DNA of 64,000 nucleotides from an uncultured Chloroflexia bacterium (GCA_963700285.1 CAVOXA010000014.1:480001-544000), one strand, 5' to 3'. Counted from the stretch's first letter, positions 45,331 to 56,413 are shown. The notes: a model not told the origin generated them from the letters alone. Translations and numbers: made by a program.

Positions 45331-46353
45331 GTGTTCGCACCATTCAGCCCGGGCGACAGTCTGGGGGTATATCGCCTGCAGCGTCGAGGGATGTCCCTCG
45401 ACCTTCAGCGCAATCTCATGCATCCAACCAAGCCTCTTACCGAGGCGTGGTTGGCGTTCCTGACGCAGCAGGCCATGGGCCAACCTACCTATGTGCTCCA
45501 CGACCCACACGATGGGGAGGCGTTTGTCCAGGTCAGGTACCGGCCTCACCAGGCCATTGCCGACGTGACCTGCTTGGCCCCCGCACTCGGGGACAGTCGC
45601 CGTGCAGCCCCCGCTTGGTCCTACCTGCTGGATGGAGCCGGAATCGAGGCAGCCGCTCAAGGCATTCAGCGGATATTTGCCAACCTGCCGGCGTCAGGCG
45701 CTGAGGTCGATGTGTTTCAGCAAGCCGGGTTCACCTTGTATGCCGAGGAAGAAATATACCACCGGGCGCCGGGACAGCCTGATCCGGTACAAGGTACACA
45801 TCCAGTCTTGCGGCCACAGCGAGTCGAGGATTTGCCCGCGCTGCAGAAGCTATGCGTGGCCATTACGCCACAGCGCGTACGCCAGGCAGAGGGGGGCATT
45901 GGTCTTACCACCACGTCGGAGAGAAACTGCCGGCGTTTTGTGCTGTACTCGCCCGAGGGCGACGATCTCTTGGCCGCGCTCACCCTTTGTACGGGCGGTA
46001 GGGTTCACTGGCTGCGGCTGCTGGTACATCCAGATTCCCGGCATGTGGCTGCAGACCTCGTCGGCTGGGGGCTCGACACCCTGGCTGACCAGCCAGGCAA
46101 GGCTATCTACTGTAACGTCCGGCAGTATGAGAACGGCACGAGTGAGGCGTTGGAAGCGGCCGGGTTCCGGCTCCACGGAACACGATCGCTGATGGTTCGG
46201 CACACCGTGGCCTGGATCAAGACACCAGCCTCGGAGGCCATACCGGCCATGAAGGCAAGAGCCGAAGCCGTGCCACCCGCCTATCGCATCAACGGCGAGC
46301 CAGACCTCTCAAGTCCTGACGGCCGGCTCGCCGCTGAAACGCGATCTGATTGA
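45331..46353 (+). CDS. Hypothetical protein with tandem GNAT-like domains
   Basis: VFQQAGFTLY and LLVHP..IYCNVRQYE..ALEAAGF GNAT-like ends; promoter TTGCCA-17-TACAAT at 45274-45302 supports the GTG start. Confidence 0.7.
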   Translation: MFAPFSPGDSLGVYRLQRRGMSLDLQRNLMHPTKPLTEAWLAFLTQQAMGQPTYVLHDPHDGEAFVQVRYRPHQAIADVTCLAPALGDSRRAAPAWSYLLDGAGIEAAAQGIQRIFANLPASGAEVDVFQQAGFTLYAEEEIYHRAPGQPDPVQGTHPVLRPQRVEDLPALQKLCVAITPQRVRQAEGGIGLTTTSERNCRRFVLYSPEGDDLLAALTLCTGGRVHWLRLLVHPDSRHVAADLVGWGLDTLADQPGKAIYCNVRQYENGTSEALEAAGFRLHGTRSLMVRHTVAWIKTPASEAIPAMKARAEAVPPAYRINGEPDLSSPDGRLAAETRSD

Positions 46354-46439
46354 AGGTCCCAGACTGGCCGGACATTGCAAGCCAGCTTGCAGGCGCGCGT
46401 GCCGGCCCAACAAACCTTGAGCGGTGAACTGACAAAAGC

Positions 46440-47969
46440 ATGCAAGACAACATTACTGACGATCTAGCTGTGTTGCTGGAGGTTGTACCCCCAGCGATCG
46501 CCGGCGCAATTCGCAAAGAGAACCACGGGGACGATCTGCTAGAGATTGTCCTGGACTTGGGCCGTCGCCCCGAAGCCCGCTTTTTGAGTCGTGAGGTCAC
46601 GCTTGGTGACCAAGAAATCACCCGGGCAGAAATCGACTATGTTGTAGACCGAGTGAGCGAGTTCACCACCGATAACCGGGCTGGCATCGAACGGACCTTG
46701 CACCGCATTTCCTGCATCCGCAACCGGCAGGGGGACGTCGTTGGCCTGACCCTGCGCGTGGGTCGGGCTGTGTACGGCACCATTGACATTATTCGCGATC
46801 TGCTTGAATCCGGCAAGAGCATCTTGCTGCTCGGCAAGCCCGGTGTAGGCAAGACGACGCTGTTGCGTGAGGCAGCCCGGGTGCTTGCCGAGAAGAAGCG
46901 AGTTGTGGTCGTTGATACCTCCAACGAGATCGGCGGTGACGGCGATATTCCCCATCCAGCCATCGGCCGCGCGCGGCGGATGCAGGTGGCTACCCCCGAG
47001 TTCCAGCACCAGGTGATGATTGAAGCAGTGGAAAACCATATGCCTGAGGTGATCATTATCGACGAGATCGGTCGGGAGTTGGAAGCGGCCGCAGCGCGCA
47101 CGATCGCCGAGCGGGGCGTACAACTGGTGGGTACCGCTCACGGTAACTCGCTGGACAACCTGCTCCAGAACCCAACCCTGTGTGACCTGGTCGGAGGTAT
47201 CCAGGCAGTGACGCTGAGTGACGAGGAAGCTCGAAGGCGCGGCACTCAGAAGACCGTACTGGAACGAAAGGCGCCGCCGACCTTCAACGTGGTGATCGAG
47301 ATAAAGAACTGGCAACACCTGGCCCTTCATCACGATGTCACGGCAGCAGTGGACGCCTTGCTCCGGGGTCGCAGCCACGCCCCCGAAGTGCGCTACCGCG
47401 ATGAGACAGGCCAGGTACAGATCGAGCAGGCGGTTGTCGCGCCCCAGTTCCGGTTGGAGGAGGATCCTGCTCGCATAGCCAGTCAAGAGGCAGCCCGTCC
47501 CCAGACTCTGCGCGTTTATGGCTATGGCATCGGCAAGAATCGCCTGCAGCAGGCAGCCCAGAACCTCCACCTACCGGTGGACCTGGTGGATGAGCTGCGC
47601 CAGGCCGATGCAGTGATTACGCTCAAGAGCTACTACCGGAGACGACCCCAACCCATCAACGAGGCGGAACGAAAAGGCGTACCCATCTACGTCCTCCGCT
47701 CCAATACCGTATCCCAAATGGAAAGCTGCCTGGCTGACGTGTTCGGTCTCAGCGTATCTGACCTGGATCCACTCACCATCGCCCTCCGCGAAACGGAGGA
47801 CGCAATCCGCACGGTATTCTCTGGAAAAAAATCAGCAGACCTGGCGCCTCAGAACTCGTTCATCCGGCGCCAGCAACACGAAATGGTCCGCCAGGCCAAT
47901 CTAGTATCTCACAGCTATGGCAAAGAACCCTGGAGACATGTGCGCATCTTTTCCACCCAGCGGCATTAG
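46440..47969 (+). CDS. Ycf45/SpoIIIAA-like AAA ATPase with C-terminal R3H domain
   Basis: [44 protein letters not shown]. Confidence 0.92.
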   Translation: MQDNITDDLAVLLEVVPPAIAGAIRKENHGDDLLEIVLDLGRRPEARFLSREVTLGDQEITRAEIDYVVDRVSEFTTDNRAGIERTLHRISCIRNRQGDVVGLTLRVGRAVYGTIDIIRDLLESGKSILLLGKPGVGKTTLLREAARVLAEKKRVVVVDTSNEIGGDGDIPHPAIGRARRMQVATPEFQHQVMIEAVENHMPEVIIIDEIGRELEAAAARTIAERGVQLVGTAHGNSLDNLLQNPTLCDLVGGIQAVTLSDEEARRRGTQKTVLERKAPPTFNVVIEIKNWQHLALHHDVTAAVDALLRGRSHAPEVRYRDETGQVQIEQAVVAPQFRLEEDPARIASQEAARPQTLRVYGYGIGKNRLQQAAQNLHLPVDLVDELRQADAVITLKSYYRRRPQPINEAERKGVPIYVLRSNTVSQMESCLADVFGLSVSDLDPLTIALRETEDAIRTVFSGKKSADLAPQNSFIRRQQHEMVRQANLVSHSYGKEPWRHVRIFSTQRH

Positions 47970-48073
47970 GGGACGTCCGGCACAGCGGGGCTGCCATCAA
48001 CTACGTTCCCCATTCTTTGAATCGTTCCATCGGGCAAAGCAGGCCTTCAGATCACAGGCGCAAGGAGAGTAAC

Positions 48074-48484
48074 ATGGCATTCAGGTTCCCGTCGGAGGAG
48101 TGGGTCATGGCCTTCATGGACGAGGTCAACGGCAGCGAGGCCTATGGCAAAGCTGCTGCCACTTGGGAGGGTGATTTTTACTTTGTCGTTGAGCCAGGAT
48201 CCGGTCTCACGGAGACCATGGTGCTGTACATCGATCTCTGGCACGGAAAGGCACGTTCCGCAGGTGTCATCGCTGACAAAAGCGAAAAGAGCCCCGAGTT
48301 CACCATCCGCGCACCGATCGGTACCTGGCGCCGGGTGATTGAGAAGAAGCTCGACCCCATCCAGGGCATGATCACCGGCCAGCTAAAGCTATCGGGCACG
48401 TTGAGCAAGATCATGCGCGCCCCCAAGGCAGCTGCCGAGTTGGTCAACTGCGCCACCCAGGTCCCAACCGAGTTTCCATCCTAG
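48074..48484 (+). CDS. SCP2 sterol-binding domain protein
   Basis: FPSEEWV..WEGDF..LDPIQGMITGQLKLSG. Confidence 0.85.
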   Translation: MAFRFPSEEWVMAFMDEVNGSEAYGKAAATWEGDFYFVVEPGSGLTETMVLYIDLWHGKARSAGVIADKSEKSPEFTIRAPIGTWRRVIEKKLDPIQGMITGQLKLSGTLSKIMRAPKAAAELVNCATQVPTEFPS

Positions 48485-48511
48485 CCAGGCGCGATTGGGG
48501 TCAGTCCGCCT

Positions 48512-49276
48512 ATGCCCTTCCAAGCGGTCGCCGGCCACCAGACTTACTATGTTCAGCGGCGGCCCGCTCTGGCTGGCCGACCCCCGGTCGTGTTCATCCA
48601 CGGTGCGGGGGGGACGCATCAGCATTGGCTCTTTCAGGTACGGGATCTGGCCCAGGCGCCAACCTATGCCATCGACCTGCCGGGCCATGGCAGGTCAGAG
48701 ACCCCGGGACGAGACAGCATCCAGGCTTACGCCGACTGGCTGATCGCCTTTCTGGACGCGGTTAAGCTGGAGCAGGTCGTTTTGGTTGGCCACTCGATGG
48801 GTGGTGCGGTTGCGCTCAGCGCGAGCATGCAATTCCCGGACCGGGTTCAGGGTCTGGGGTTGGTTGCGACGGGCGCCCGGCTTCGGGTGTCGCCATCCCT
48901 GCTTGATACGATCCGCCGAGATCCTCGGGAGGCGGTGCTTGCGATCTGCAGCTCGGCATTCGGCCGTGAGGCACCGCCAGAGATGCTCCGGCTGGCGAGA
49001 GAACAGATGGACGCAGTGCCAGAGGGAGTACTCGGAAGCGATTTCAGGGCCTGCGACGATTTTGATGTCAGGGACCGCGTTGGCCAGATCACAGCTCCAA
49101 CCTTGGTACTGTGCGGCAGCCAGGATGCGCTGACACCTCCCAAGTATTCTGTCTATTTGCGCGATCAGATTCCCGGGGCCAAGCTCCATCTGGTTGCGGG
49201 GGCCGGCCACATGGTGATGATAGAGGAGCCCCACGAGGTGGTCCGAGCCTTTGACAGCTTTCTGGACGGCTTGTAG
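48512..49276 (+). CDS. Alpha/beta hydrolase
   Basis: IHGAGG, DLPGHGRS, GHSMGG, AGHM. Confidence 0.92.
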   Translation: MPFQAVAGHQTYYVQRRPALAGRPPVVFIHGAGGTHQHWLFQVRDLAQAPTYAIDLPGHGRSETPGRDSIQAYADWLIAFLDAVKLEQVVLVGHSMGGAVALSASMQFPDRVQGLGLVATGARLRVSPSLLDTIRRDPREAVLAICSSAFGREAPPEMLRLAREQMDAVPEGVLGSDFRACDDFDVRDRVGQITAPTLVLCGSQDALTPPKYSVYLRDQIPGAKLHLVAGAGHMVMIEEPHEVVRAFDSFLDGL

Positions 49277-49333
49277 CCCAGAGCCCCTCCAGGCTGTGGC
49301 TTGGTCCTTTCAGGACTGAGCCTGCGTGCGCGG

Positions 49334-49954
49334 CTAAGGTGCAGGGGCACTGGCCAGGAGTTGGGCCAGGAGAGGGCCAGCGGCCATCAAAGCACGGGCC
49401 CGATGGCTGATCCGGTTCTTCACTGCCGGGTCCAATTCAGCCATGGTCTGACCACCATATCCCGCGACGACAAAGACTGGATCGTAGCCAAAGCCATGGT
49501 CACCTCGAGGGACAAGACCGATTTTGCCCTCACAGGCGCCATCAGCCGTAAGGACAGTACCCCCCGCAGAGACTATCGCAATGACACAACGGAAACGCGC
49601 TGTTCGCTGGCCATCAGGCACGCCCTCAAGGGCTGCCAGCAGTTTGCGATAGCGATCGATATCGCTTGCGCCAGGACCCGCATAGCGCGCTGAGCGCACG
49701 CCTGGCGCGCCGCCCAGTGCATCGACCTCCAAACCGGAATCGTCGGCCAGGGTCAACAGGCCGGATGCCCGTGCATAGGCCAATGCCTTGAGCCGGGCAT
49801 TCTCTGCAAAAGTCTCTCCTGATTCTTCTACTTCCAGGGACAAGCCTTCCCGGACTGGATATGTGATCTGCACGGGCAGGGCCAAAGTGCCCAACAGGTC
49901 TTCATACTCGCGCACTTTGCCACGGTTGTTTGTGGCAACCAGCAGTCTGGTCAA
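49334..49954 (-). CDS. rdgB: Non-canonical purine NTP pyrophosphatase (RdgB/HAM1)
   Basis: ATNNRGKVRE, DDSGLEVDALGGAPGVRSAR, GFGYDPVF, KNRISHR; GGGAGG then TTG start. Confidence 0.95.
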   Translation of the reverse strand: MTRLLVATNNRGKVREYEDLLGTLALPVQITYPVREGLSLEVEESGETFAENARLKALAYARASGLLTLADDSGLEVDALGGAPGVRSARYAGPGASDIDRYRKLLAALEGVPDGQRTARFRCVIAIVSAGGTVLTADGACEGKIGLVPRGDHGFGYDPVFVVAGYGGQTMAELDPAVKNRISHRARALMAAGPLLAQLLASAPAP

Positions 49955-50195
49955 GGAATCCTCCCTGCGGGCAGACATCCATGGATCGCCTGCTCCCTCC
50001 GGGGGGGCAGTGACCTGCGGGCTTTGCTCTTCTTGCTCAGCAGCTTGATCGATCTGGCTCCCAACTATACCACCGGCCGCTCCGAAAACCAAATTTCTGA
50101 TTCTTGTGCGCCTGGCTTGCGGCAATTTGCCATCTGCCTCCTGACTGGGGTACAATGCACCCTGCACACGCGGACAATCAGCAGTGAGGTGAAGG

Positions 50196-50753
50196 ATGAA
50201 CGGAGGAGAAAACCTATTCAGCTCCAGCGCCGGTAGCGTAGCCGCGATCGGACTGGTGCTTGCCGCCCTGGCCCTGGTGGGAGTCGTCCTCCTGCTGGCC
50301 CGGCAGCAGCGCCTGTTGGGGCAGTACCAGCACCTGATGACGGGGACCTCTGGTGGCAACCTGGAATCGATGCTTCATGATCACGTTGCCCAGGCTCGCC
50401 AAGCCGGAGACCGGGCCCAGGTCGCGGAGCAGATGGTCCGCCACCTGGAGAAAGCATCCCGCTTCCATCTGCAGCATCTAGGGCTCTTGCGCTTCAACCC
50501 ATTTCGAGATACTGGCGGCGATCAGAGCTTTGCTCTGGCCATTGCAGACGATCATGGGCAAGGCGTAGTCCTGTCCAGTCTGCACGCCCGCGACGTGACA
50601 CGGGTGTATGCCAAACCTCTGATAGCCTGGGAATCCACCTACTCGCTCACGGACGAAGAGAAACAGGCCATCGCCCTGGCTCGCCCCAAGAGCCCTGAAG
50701 AACGAGCTCCCAGTCCCGGGGACGCAGCTCAACCGCAAGGAGACGAGGGCTAG
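50196..50753 (+). CDS. DUF4446 family membrane-anchored protein
   Basis: N-terminal TM; RFNPFRDTGGDQSFALA..RVYAKPL..YSLTDEE. Confidence 0.85.
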   Translation: MNGGENLFSSSAGSVAAIGLVLAALALVGVVLLLARQQRLLGQYQHLMTGTSGGNLESMLHDHVAQARQAGDRAQVAEQMVRHLEKASRFHLQHLGLLRFNPFRDTGGDQSFALAIADDHGQGVVLSSLHARDVTRVYAKPLIAWESTYSLTDEEKQAIALARPKSPEERAPSPGDAAQPQGDEG

Positions 50754-50791
50754 AGCATCTTCGGATCGGTGCCAAAAAGACCCGGCCCGGA

Positions 50792-50820
50792 TTGACAAAT
50801 CAGCGCGGGAGTGCTATATT
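50792..50820 (+). promoter_or_regulatory. sigma70 promoter of the bactofilin gene
   Basis: TTGACA-17 nt-TATATT. Confidence 0.7.
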
Positions 50821-50854
50821 AGCCTCCACGCAACATTGTCCAAAGGAGCAACCT

Positions 50855-51331
50855 GTGTTCGGACGAGAGAAACGCCCAATTCCGCTGGACCGCATCGAAG
50901 TAACGCTTGGCCCTACGACTAGTATCAACGGTGACCTCGAGTGCGATGGCATCGTCAGGATTGAGGGCGTGTATCAGGGCAGCATCAAGACGGTAAGCAA
51001 CGTGATCATAAGCGAAAGCGCGCGCGTGGACGCCCACATCGAGGCGCAAAACGTGTCGGTTTCGGGACAGGTTAAGGGTTCTATTGTGGCCCAGGGCCGT
51101 CTGGAGATTCTCTCCACGGGGAGGGTCTGGGCGGATGCAACCGTCACCAGTTTCCTGTTGGACGATGGCGGCAAGCTGCATGGCGGGCTCAAGATGTTTG
51201 GTACGGGCCCCGCACCTGAATCATTCGAGGTACCGTCACAGATGCTGGCCGCAGACGAGGTTGGCCAAGACCTGCTTGAGGAAGATCTACTAGAGGAGGA
51301 GCCGGACGAAGAGCCAGAAGAAGACGAATAA
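50855..51331 (+). CDS. Bactofilin (polymer-forming cytoskeletal protein) with acidic tail
   Basis: GDLECDGIVRIEG..IEAQNVSVSGQVKGSI..LEILSTGRV. Confidence 0.9.
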   Translation: MFGREKRPIPLDRIEVTLGPTTSINGDLECDGIVRIEGVYQGSIKTVSNVIISESARVDAHIEAQNVSVSGQVKGSIVAQGRLEILSTGRVWADATVTSFLLDDGGKLHGGLKMFGTGPAPESFEVPSQMLAADEVGQDLLEEDLLEEEPDEEPEEDE

Positions 51332-51334
51332 GTA

Positions 51335-54300
51335 CTAGAGATGCTTCCGGCTTTGTGCCTTGAGGAGCCTTGAGGCTACCATGCCACACACGGCTGCATG
51401 AATGGCCTCCTGGTCGGCCCGTGTCAGCCCCAGCGCATGAGCGACAATCTCATCCAGGGCATGCCTTTCTGGATCATCCAAGCCGAGTAGGCCAGCTTCC
51501 CGGCCTATCCCCGTGATTTCAGCGCCCAGAAGGCGTGGATCTGGGATCAGCAGGTCCCCTACCTCGTAAGTCTGGATCTTGAGCAACCCACCACCGAAAT
51601 TGGAGCGACCGAGTACGTTGACCGAAAGCTGGCCCAGCGTGCTGTTGCAGGCTGCAATCAACGCTTCCGGTGCACACTCGCTGTGGATCGCCTGAAAACT
51701 GTCGCTGGCCAGAAGCGGCCTTTCGCTGGCATAAAACCTCATGACCCTGTCGACCAGGTAGTTGCAGTGGACACGAGCGCCCGCACGGGCTCCAAGGTCC
51801 CACCAACGAGGCCTGCGCTGGCACGTGGGGCGCTGATGCAGGCCCTGCGCCTCGCCATACTCGATGTAGGCCAAGGCCCTTGTATTCTGCAGCTCGCATC
51901 GCTCCGCATGGCACATGAAAAGGTAATAAAGTACGTCGCGGCCGGGTTCAAACCAGATGCTATGGCAACCGTGCGGGCCCTTTATGACCGGTTCAAGGTA
52001 CTGACTTTCAATCTCCCAGCGAGCGAGATCCTCATCGTCGAGGAAGAAGAAGGCGTTGGCGCCGGTGGTGATGCCCCTCCGCACCTCGGCGACATCCTTC
52101 AGGCGCACAATTCCATGGGGATATCCTTCTTGAATCCGCCAATAGATGTCTGGCGCACGGAGGTACTTGCTGCCCCACTTGTCTCCCAGATATCGATCCT
52201 GCGTCGGGCCCATGCCGGCGCTCAACAATTGAGCTTGTGTGCGGGGCAGAACGCGGACATCTGGCGTCATTCGCCGGCCAGCGGCTCCCACCACCTCCTC
52301 CCAGACGGCCGGGCAGAAAGCCTGGGCGAAGGGGATGTGGAACACGACAAAACGCACGGTATTTTGCAGGCTCTGCGGCCGACAGGTACCTGTATCGTAG
52401 GCCGCACCCAGCAGGACAATGGCTGTATTAACATCTGCGCTATCAAAAGACCGGGTTGCCTGGTTGTCAATCAACAGCTTAACCTGGCCCCGGGTCAGCA
52501 GAAAGTTCTGCAGATCCCGGCCGTAGCGCGCATCGAGCCACGAGTTCGAGGTGACAAAACAAAGGGTACCCTTGTCGTGCAACACAGACAAACCCTGAAA
52601 GTAGAAGTAGATGTAGAGATCGCTCCTGGCATCCAGCGTCCGTAGGGCTCTATCCTGCACCGCATCGTAGGCAAAAGTATGCGGCCAGGTAGCATAGACT
52701 GCCCGGGCCAGCTTGGCTTTGTACCGCGCCCTATCCCTCAGCCCAGCCCTGTCAGGTTCTCGGTTGGGATCATCGATCAGTTCCTGGCGCACGTAGGGAG
52801 GGTTTCCCACTACAAGATCAAATCCGCACCGCTCACCAGAAAAGACCTCACCAAAGACCTCCTGCCAAGGACTATCATTCTTCCCTTTGGGGCGAAGCAG
52901 GCTCTCCCCACAGAAGACCCTCGATGTAAGACCGGGTAGTCTGAGATCCAAAGTCGACCTCGCAGGATCGACCGTCGCACTGCCCAAGACCTGCAGCCAA
53001 AGGCGCGACCTGGCGATTTCTACGGCCCAGCTCTTGATATCAATCCCATACAGGCTGGTGACAACGATACGTCTTTTTCGTTCCGCAGCAGTCTCTCTGA
53101 CACCTGTCTGGCAATTGGCCCGGGCCAGCAGGCCATCGAGCACCTGGCACATGGCAATCAGAAACGAACCTGAACCACAGGCGGGATCGACGACTGTCAC
53201 AGAGTCCAGCAAGGTCCTGATGCGAGGCCAGAGGCCACGGCGGGCCAGCGCAGCATCTGCCTCCTGTTCAGCATGCGGGCCTGGGGCGAATAGGGCCTGG
53301 TAGAGCAAGGACTGCTTTTCGCGCCCAAGATGACTGGCCAGCCAGTCGCCAAGGGCCAGGCGGCACATTAGCTCAGCTTCAGTCGGAGCCGTATAGTAAA
53401 TGCCTGATTCGCTCCGCTGGGCAGTCTCCTCCGAGGCATGCAAAAGCCCCTCGTATACTCGGCCAAGCATGGCTGGCCCGACGGCAAGCTGTTGATCCAG
53501 CGCTGTGTCTTCACGCACGGTCAGCGCATGGCTCTCCAGGCATTCGAGAATACGCTCAAAACTGGCATCGGTCACAGTCAGTCCATGGGCTGGATCCTGG
53601 CCCTGGCGGCGCTCGCCGCACTCAAAGAGCCCGCCCTCAAGGCAGGGGAGGCTTGCCAGCAGATTGCGAATCGGGGCGGGCACGCTGTTCCCCGGCGCCG
53701 CACCGGTCTGGGTGGTATGGGAGAGAACCTCAAAAAGGGCGTGCTCCAGCCAATCCCGGACAAAGGTATCCCTGCTACAGCCGGATCGAAGATAGGATTG
53801 CCACAAGTTGGATAGGAACCGAGGATCATGTCCCAGCCAACCGGTACGCTGGACCAAGCACACAAGTAGGAGCCGGACAATGAGCTTGAGCGCATACGCA
53901 CGGGGCCAGCGATCACCAGATGTCTGCCCGCGGAGGTCTGCCCGGAGATCGAAAAAGATGCGCTCGCAGCCCTTGTAGAACCGATCGGCAACCACTCCTG
54001 GATCAAAAGCACGGTCGTGGCGGTGTTGAATGGCCAGAGGTGACATGGAGCGGTGACCAGAAGCCACCGCGGATAGATCGATGAGAGCCAGGCACCGGGC
54101 AGCCGTCTCCCATGGTTCATCGGGGCCAAGCGCCACTCGACGGTGGATTTGGCGCTTAACAACCTGCTCTGCATTGGGGACATTCACAAAGTGCCAGTGT
54201 CGCTCGTCCCGATCGCTGAAGACAAAGAGTGCGTGGGGATGCTCATTCAGCAGACCTCTGATGATCCCGCGCTCCACTGAGAGGGAGGAGGGGCCGAACA

Positions 54301-54598
54301 AGCCATCCTGCGAGGGGCTGAGCCGGGCATGGATTATGTCAAAATAACCAGCGGGAGACGTAGCTCGAGCAAAGACCGTGGGGCTGCCAACCAGGGTGCA
54401 TGGGGCGCAGTCAGGAACCAGGCGACGGGACAGGATCTCGTGAGCATGATCGTAGCCAAGCTCCGTGCACAGCAAGTGCTGGACGGCAGGGAGGCCCTCC
54501 GTCGGGATCTGTCCAAGCAATTCACAGATTCGTCGTTCTCTGTTCCCTTGCGTGGGATCCTCCCCATGGCCCATTGTCATCGGAGCGTGTCCAAGCAC
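51335..54598 (-). CDS. Eco57I/Type IIG-like N6-adenine DNA methyltransferase with target recognition domain
   Basis: GIYYT, DPACGSGSFL (motif I), FDLVVGNPPYVRQE (motif IV), SDLYIYF, RRGITTGANAFF. Confidence 0.88.
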   Translation of the reverse strand: MLGHAPMTMGHGEDPTQGNRERRICELLGQIPTEGLPAVQHLLCTELGYDHAHEILSRRLVPDCAPCTLVGSPTVFARATSPAGYFDIIHARLSPSQDGLFGPSSLSVERGIIRGLLNEHPHALFVFSDRDERHWHFVNVPNAEQVVKRQIHRRVALGPDEPWETAARCLALIDLSAVASGHRSMSPLAIQHRHDRAFDPGVVADRFYKGCERIFFDLRADLRGQTSGDRWPRAYALKLIVRLLLVCLVQRTGWLGHDPRFLSNLWQSYLRSGCSRDTFVRDWLEHALFEVLSHTTQTGAAPGNSVPAPIRNLLASLPCLEGGLFECGERRQGQDPAHGLTVTDASFERILECLESHALTVREDTALDQQLAVGPAMLGRVYEGLLHASEETAQRSESGIYYTAPTEAELMCRLALGDWLASHLGREKQSLLYQALFAPGPHAEQEADAALARRGLWPRIRTLLDSVTVVDPACGSGSFLIAMCQVLDGLLARANCQTGVRETAAERKRRIVVTSLYGIDIKSWAVEIARSRLWLQVLGSATVDPARSTLDLRLPGLTSRVFCGESLLRPKGKNDSPWQEVFGEVFSGERCGFDLVVGNPPYVRQELIDDPNREPDRAGLRDRARYKAKLARAVYATWPHTFAYDAVQDRALRTLDARSDLYIYFYFQGLSVLHDKGTLCFVTSNSWLDARYGRDLQNFLLTRGQVKLLIDNQATRSFDSADVNTAIVLLGAAYDTGTCRPQSLQNTVRFVVFHIPFAQAFCPAVWEEVVGAAGRRMTPDVRVLPRTQAQLLSAGMGPTQDRYLGDKWGSKYLRAPDIYWRIQEGYPHGIVRLKDVAEVRRGITTGANAFFFLDDEDLARWEIESQYLEPVIKGPHGCHSIWFEPGRDVLYYLFMCHAERCELQNTRALAYIEYGEAQGLHQRPTCQRRPRWWDLGARAGARVHCNYLVDRVMRFYASERPLLASDSFQAIHSECAPEALIAACNSTLGQLSVNVLGRSNFGGGLLKIQTYEVGDLLIPDPRLLGAEITGIGREAGLLGLDDPERHALDEIVAHALGLTRADQEAIHAAVCGMVASRLLKAQSRKHL

Positions 54599-54646
54599 TA
54601 CTGCCAGGGTAATACGCTACCCTGGATCCTGTCGAGTGGTGCCAAG

Positions 54647-55720
54647 TCAGAGCAGCGAATCGTCACCCAGCAGCAGAGGCATTTGTCCTACCGGCGGACA
54701 CAGTTGGCGCGCGGTCACCCCAAGAAGCCTAATCGGCCGGTTCCGCCGCCACTCCCTCTGGAAGAGAGCGATCGCTGCCTGGTAAATCAGTTGTTCATCA
54801 TCCGTCGGGACGGCCAGACGCGTCTGCCGGCTGAGCGTGGTGAAATCAGCATACCGCACCTTGATGGCAACAGTCCCTGCAGCCAGGTCATGCCGCCTCA
54901 GCCGGCGGCTGACACCCTGGCTCAATCGCTTCATCTCCTGCTCCAGGAGATCCACGTCAGACAGATCGCGCGCAAAGGTCCTCTCCTGGCCTACGGACTT
55001 GAGATCACGCTCAGTCACTACGGAGCGGTCATCGACACCCTGTGCATGCCGGGCCATCGCCGCCCCATGCCGCCCGAAGCGCGATCGCAGTTCCCGCTCG
55101 GGCACCTGCGCTAGCTCGCCCACGGTGGTGATCCCCATGCTGGCCAGCTTCTGGGCTGTAACCGGGCCAACTCCCCACAGCGCTCGAACAGGCAATGGGC
55201 TCAAGAACGCAGCTTCCTCTCCTGGCCAGACCACCGTGAGCCCACCCGGCTTGTCCCGGTCTGATGCCACCTTGGCCACCAGCTTGTTCGTCGCCAGACC
55301 CAAGGATGCTGATAGGCCAACCTGGTCTTTCACCCTGTCAAGGAGCTGTCTCGCGACCTCAATAGCCTCCACCCAGGCTACGACCTGGTCACTCAAGTCA
55401 AGAAATGCCTCGTCAACACTCAGTTGCTCAACCACCGACACCGTTTGACGCAGGATCGCCATCACCTGGCGAGAGTACTCCCGGTAGAGATCGTGCCGGG
55501 GTGGGACCACTATCGCATCAGGGCAAAGCGCCAGTGCCCGAGACATGGGCATGGCCGAATGCGCGCCAAAGGCCCTGGCCGGATAGGATGCGGACACCAC
55601 GACACCGCGCTGATGCGACCGGCCGCCAACAAGCACAGGCTTGCCGGCCAGGCGGGGATCCTTCAGCACCTCAACAGCGCAAAAGAAGGCGTCGAGATCG
55701 AGATGAGCAATGACCCTCAA
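54647..55720 (-). CDS. dinB: DNA polymerase IV
   Basis: HLDLDAFFCAVE, SYPARAFG, SVDEAFLD, KLVAKVASDRDKP; GAGGAGG then TTG start. Confidence 0.95.
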   Translation of the reverse strand: MRVIAHLDLDAFFCAVEVLKDPRLAGKPVLVGGRSHQRGVVVSASYPARAFGAHSAMPMSRALALCPDAIVVPPRHDLYREYSRQVMAILRQTVSVVEQLSVDEAFLDLSDQVVAWVEAIEVARQLLDRVKDQVGLSASLGLATNKLVAKVASDRDKPGGLTVVWPGEEAAFLSPLPVRALWGVGPVTAQKLASMGITTVGELAQVPERELRSRFGRHGAAMARHAQGVDDRSVVTERDLKSVGQERTFARDLSDVDLLEQEMKRLSQGVSRRLRRHDLAAGTVAIKVRYADFTTLSRQTRLAVPTDDEQLIYQAAIALFQREWRRNRPIRLLGVTARQLCPPVGQMPLLLGDDSLL

Positions 55721-55745
55721 CGTCTGCGCCTCCTCAGCCCCCTGC

Positions 55746-56291
55746 TCACCCAAGAGCGGCAAAACGCTCGATCTGCTCAATCTGCACCGGCGTGGGGCGA
55801 ATGAAGGGGCGTACGATCCGGATACGCGCCCAGGATTGCTCTGGCGTCAGGCCCGTACTGATAAAATAAGCGGCAGCCATCGTTGCCGCTCGCCCGATTC
55901 CCGAACCGCAATGGACATAGACCCCACCACCCTCTGCGACTGCGCCAGCGATGAACTGAGCACCGGTACTTAGATCCTCCAGTGTTGGGGCATGGTCATC
56001 GATAGTAGGCAGATACAGGTACTGTGGGGGTGCGATGCCCGCACCGGCATCATCAAACTCGATGCGCAAGTTGACCACAGATGTAATCCCCCGCGACGCC
56101 ATTCGAGGCCACCCACGGTGCCGATACTGCCCACCCACGTGCAGATTGGGTGTGATCTGGCTCACGGGGCGCAAAGGGGCGCCAGTGATAATCCGAACGA
56201 TGTGATCAGCAGCCCACAGCGTCGTTACTCTGAGCCCCTGTTGTGTAAGCCGGTTCCATAGTATAGTCGGTCCGCGCAATGGTCTCATCAA
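55746..56291 (-). CDS. Dual-specificity/PTP-like phosphatase
   Basis: VYVHCGSGIGRAA (CX5R), PTIDD acid loop. Confidence 0.9.
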   Translation of the reverse strand: MMRPLRGPTILWNRLTQQGLRVTTLWAADHIVRIITGAPLRPVSQITPNLHVGGQYRHRGWPRMASRGITSVVNLRIEFDDAGAGIAPPQYLYLPTIDDHAPTLEDLSTGAQFIAGAVAEGGGVYVHCGSGIGRAATMAAAYFISTGLTPEQSWARIRIVRPFIRPTPVQIEQIERFAALG

Positions 56292-56413
56292 CCTTCCCTG
56301 TTCGCTCGTCTTGTCAGATTGCCGATTATACCATCACTTGGCAGAAAAAGCCAGGCACTGACACGCCGGCTTTGGCCGTTGGCCGCTGGCCCACCTCACG
56401 CCCGCGCCACTTT

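Noticed and set aside
49955-50359. Apparent N-terminal extension of RdgB
   Set aside because: A good RBS and TTG lie at 49954; the extension overlaps divergent promoters and the DUF4446 gene
56292-56410. LexA/SOS box upstream of the phosphatase-dinB unit
   Set aside because: No GAAC-N4-GTTC-like palindrome seen
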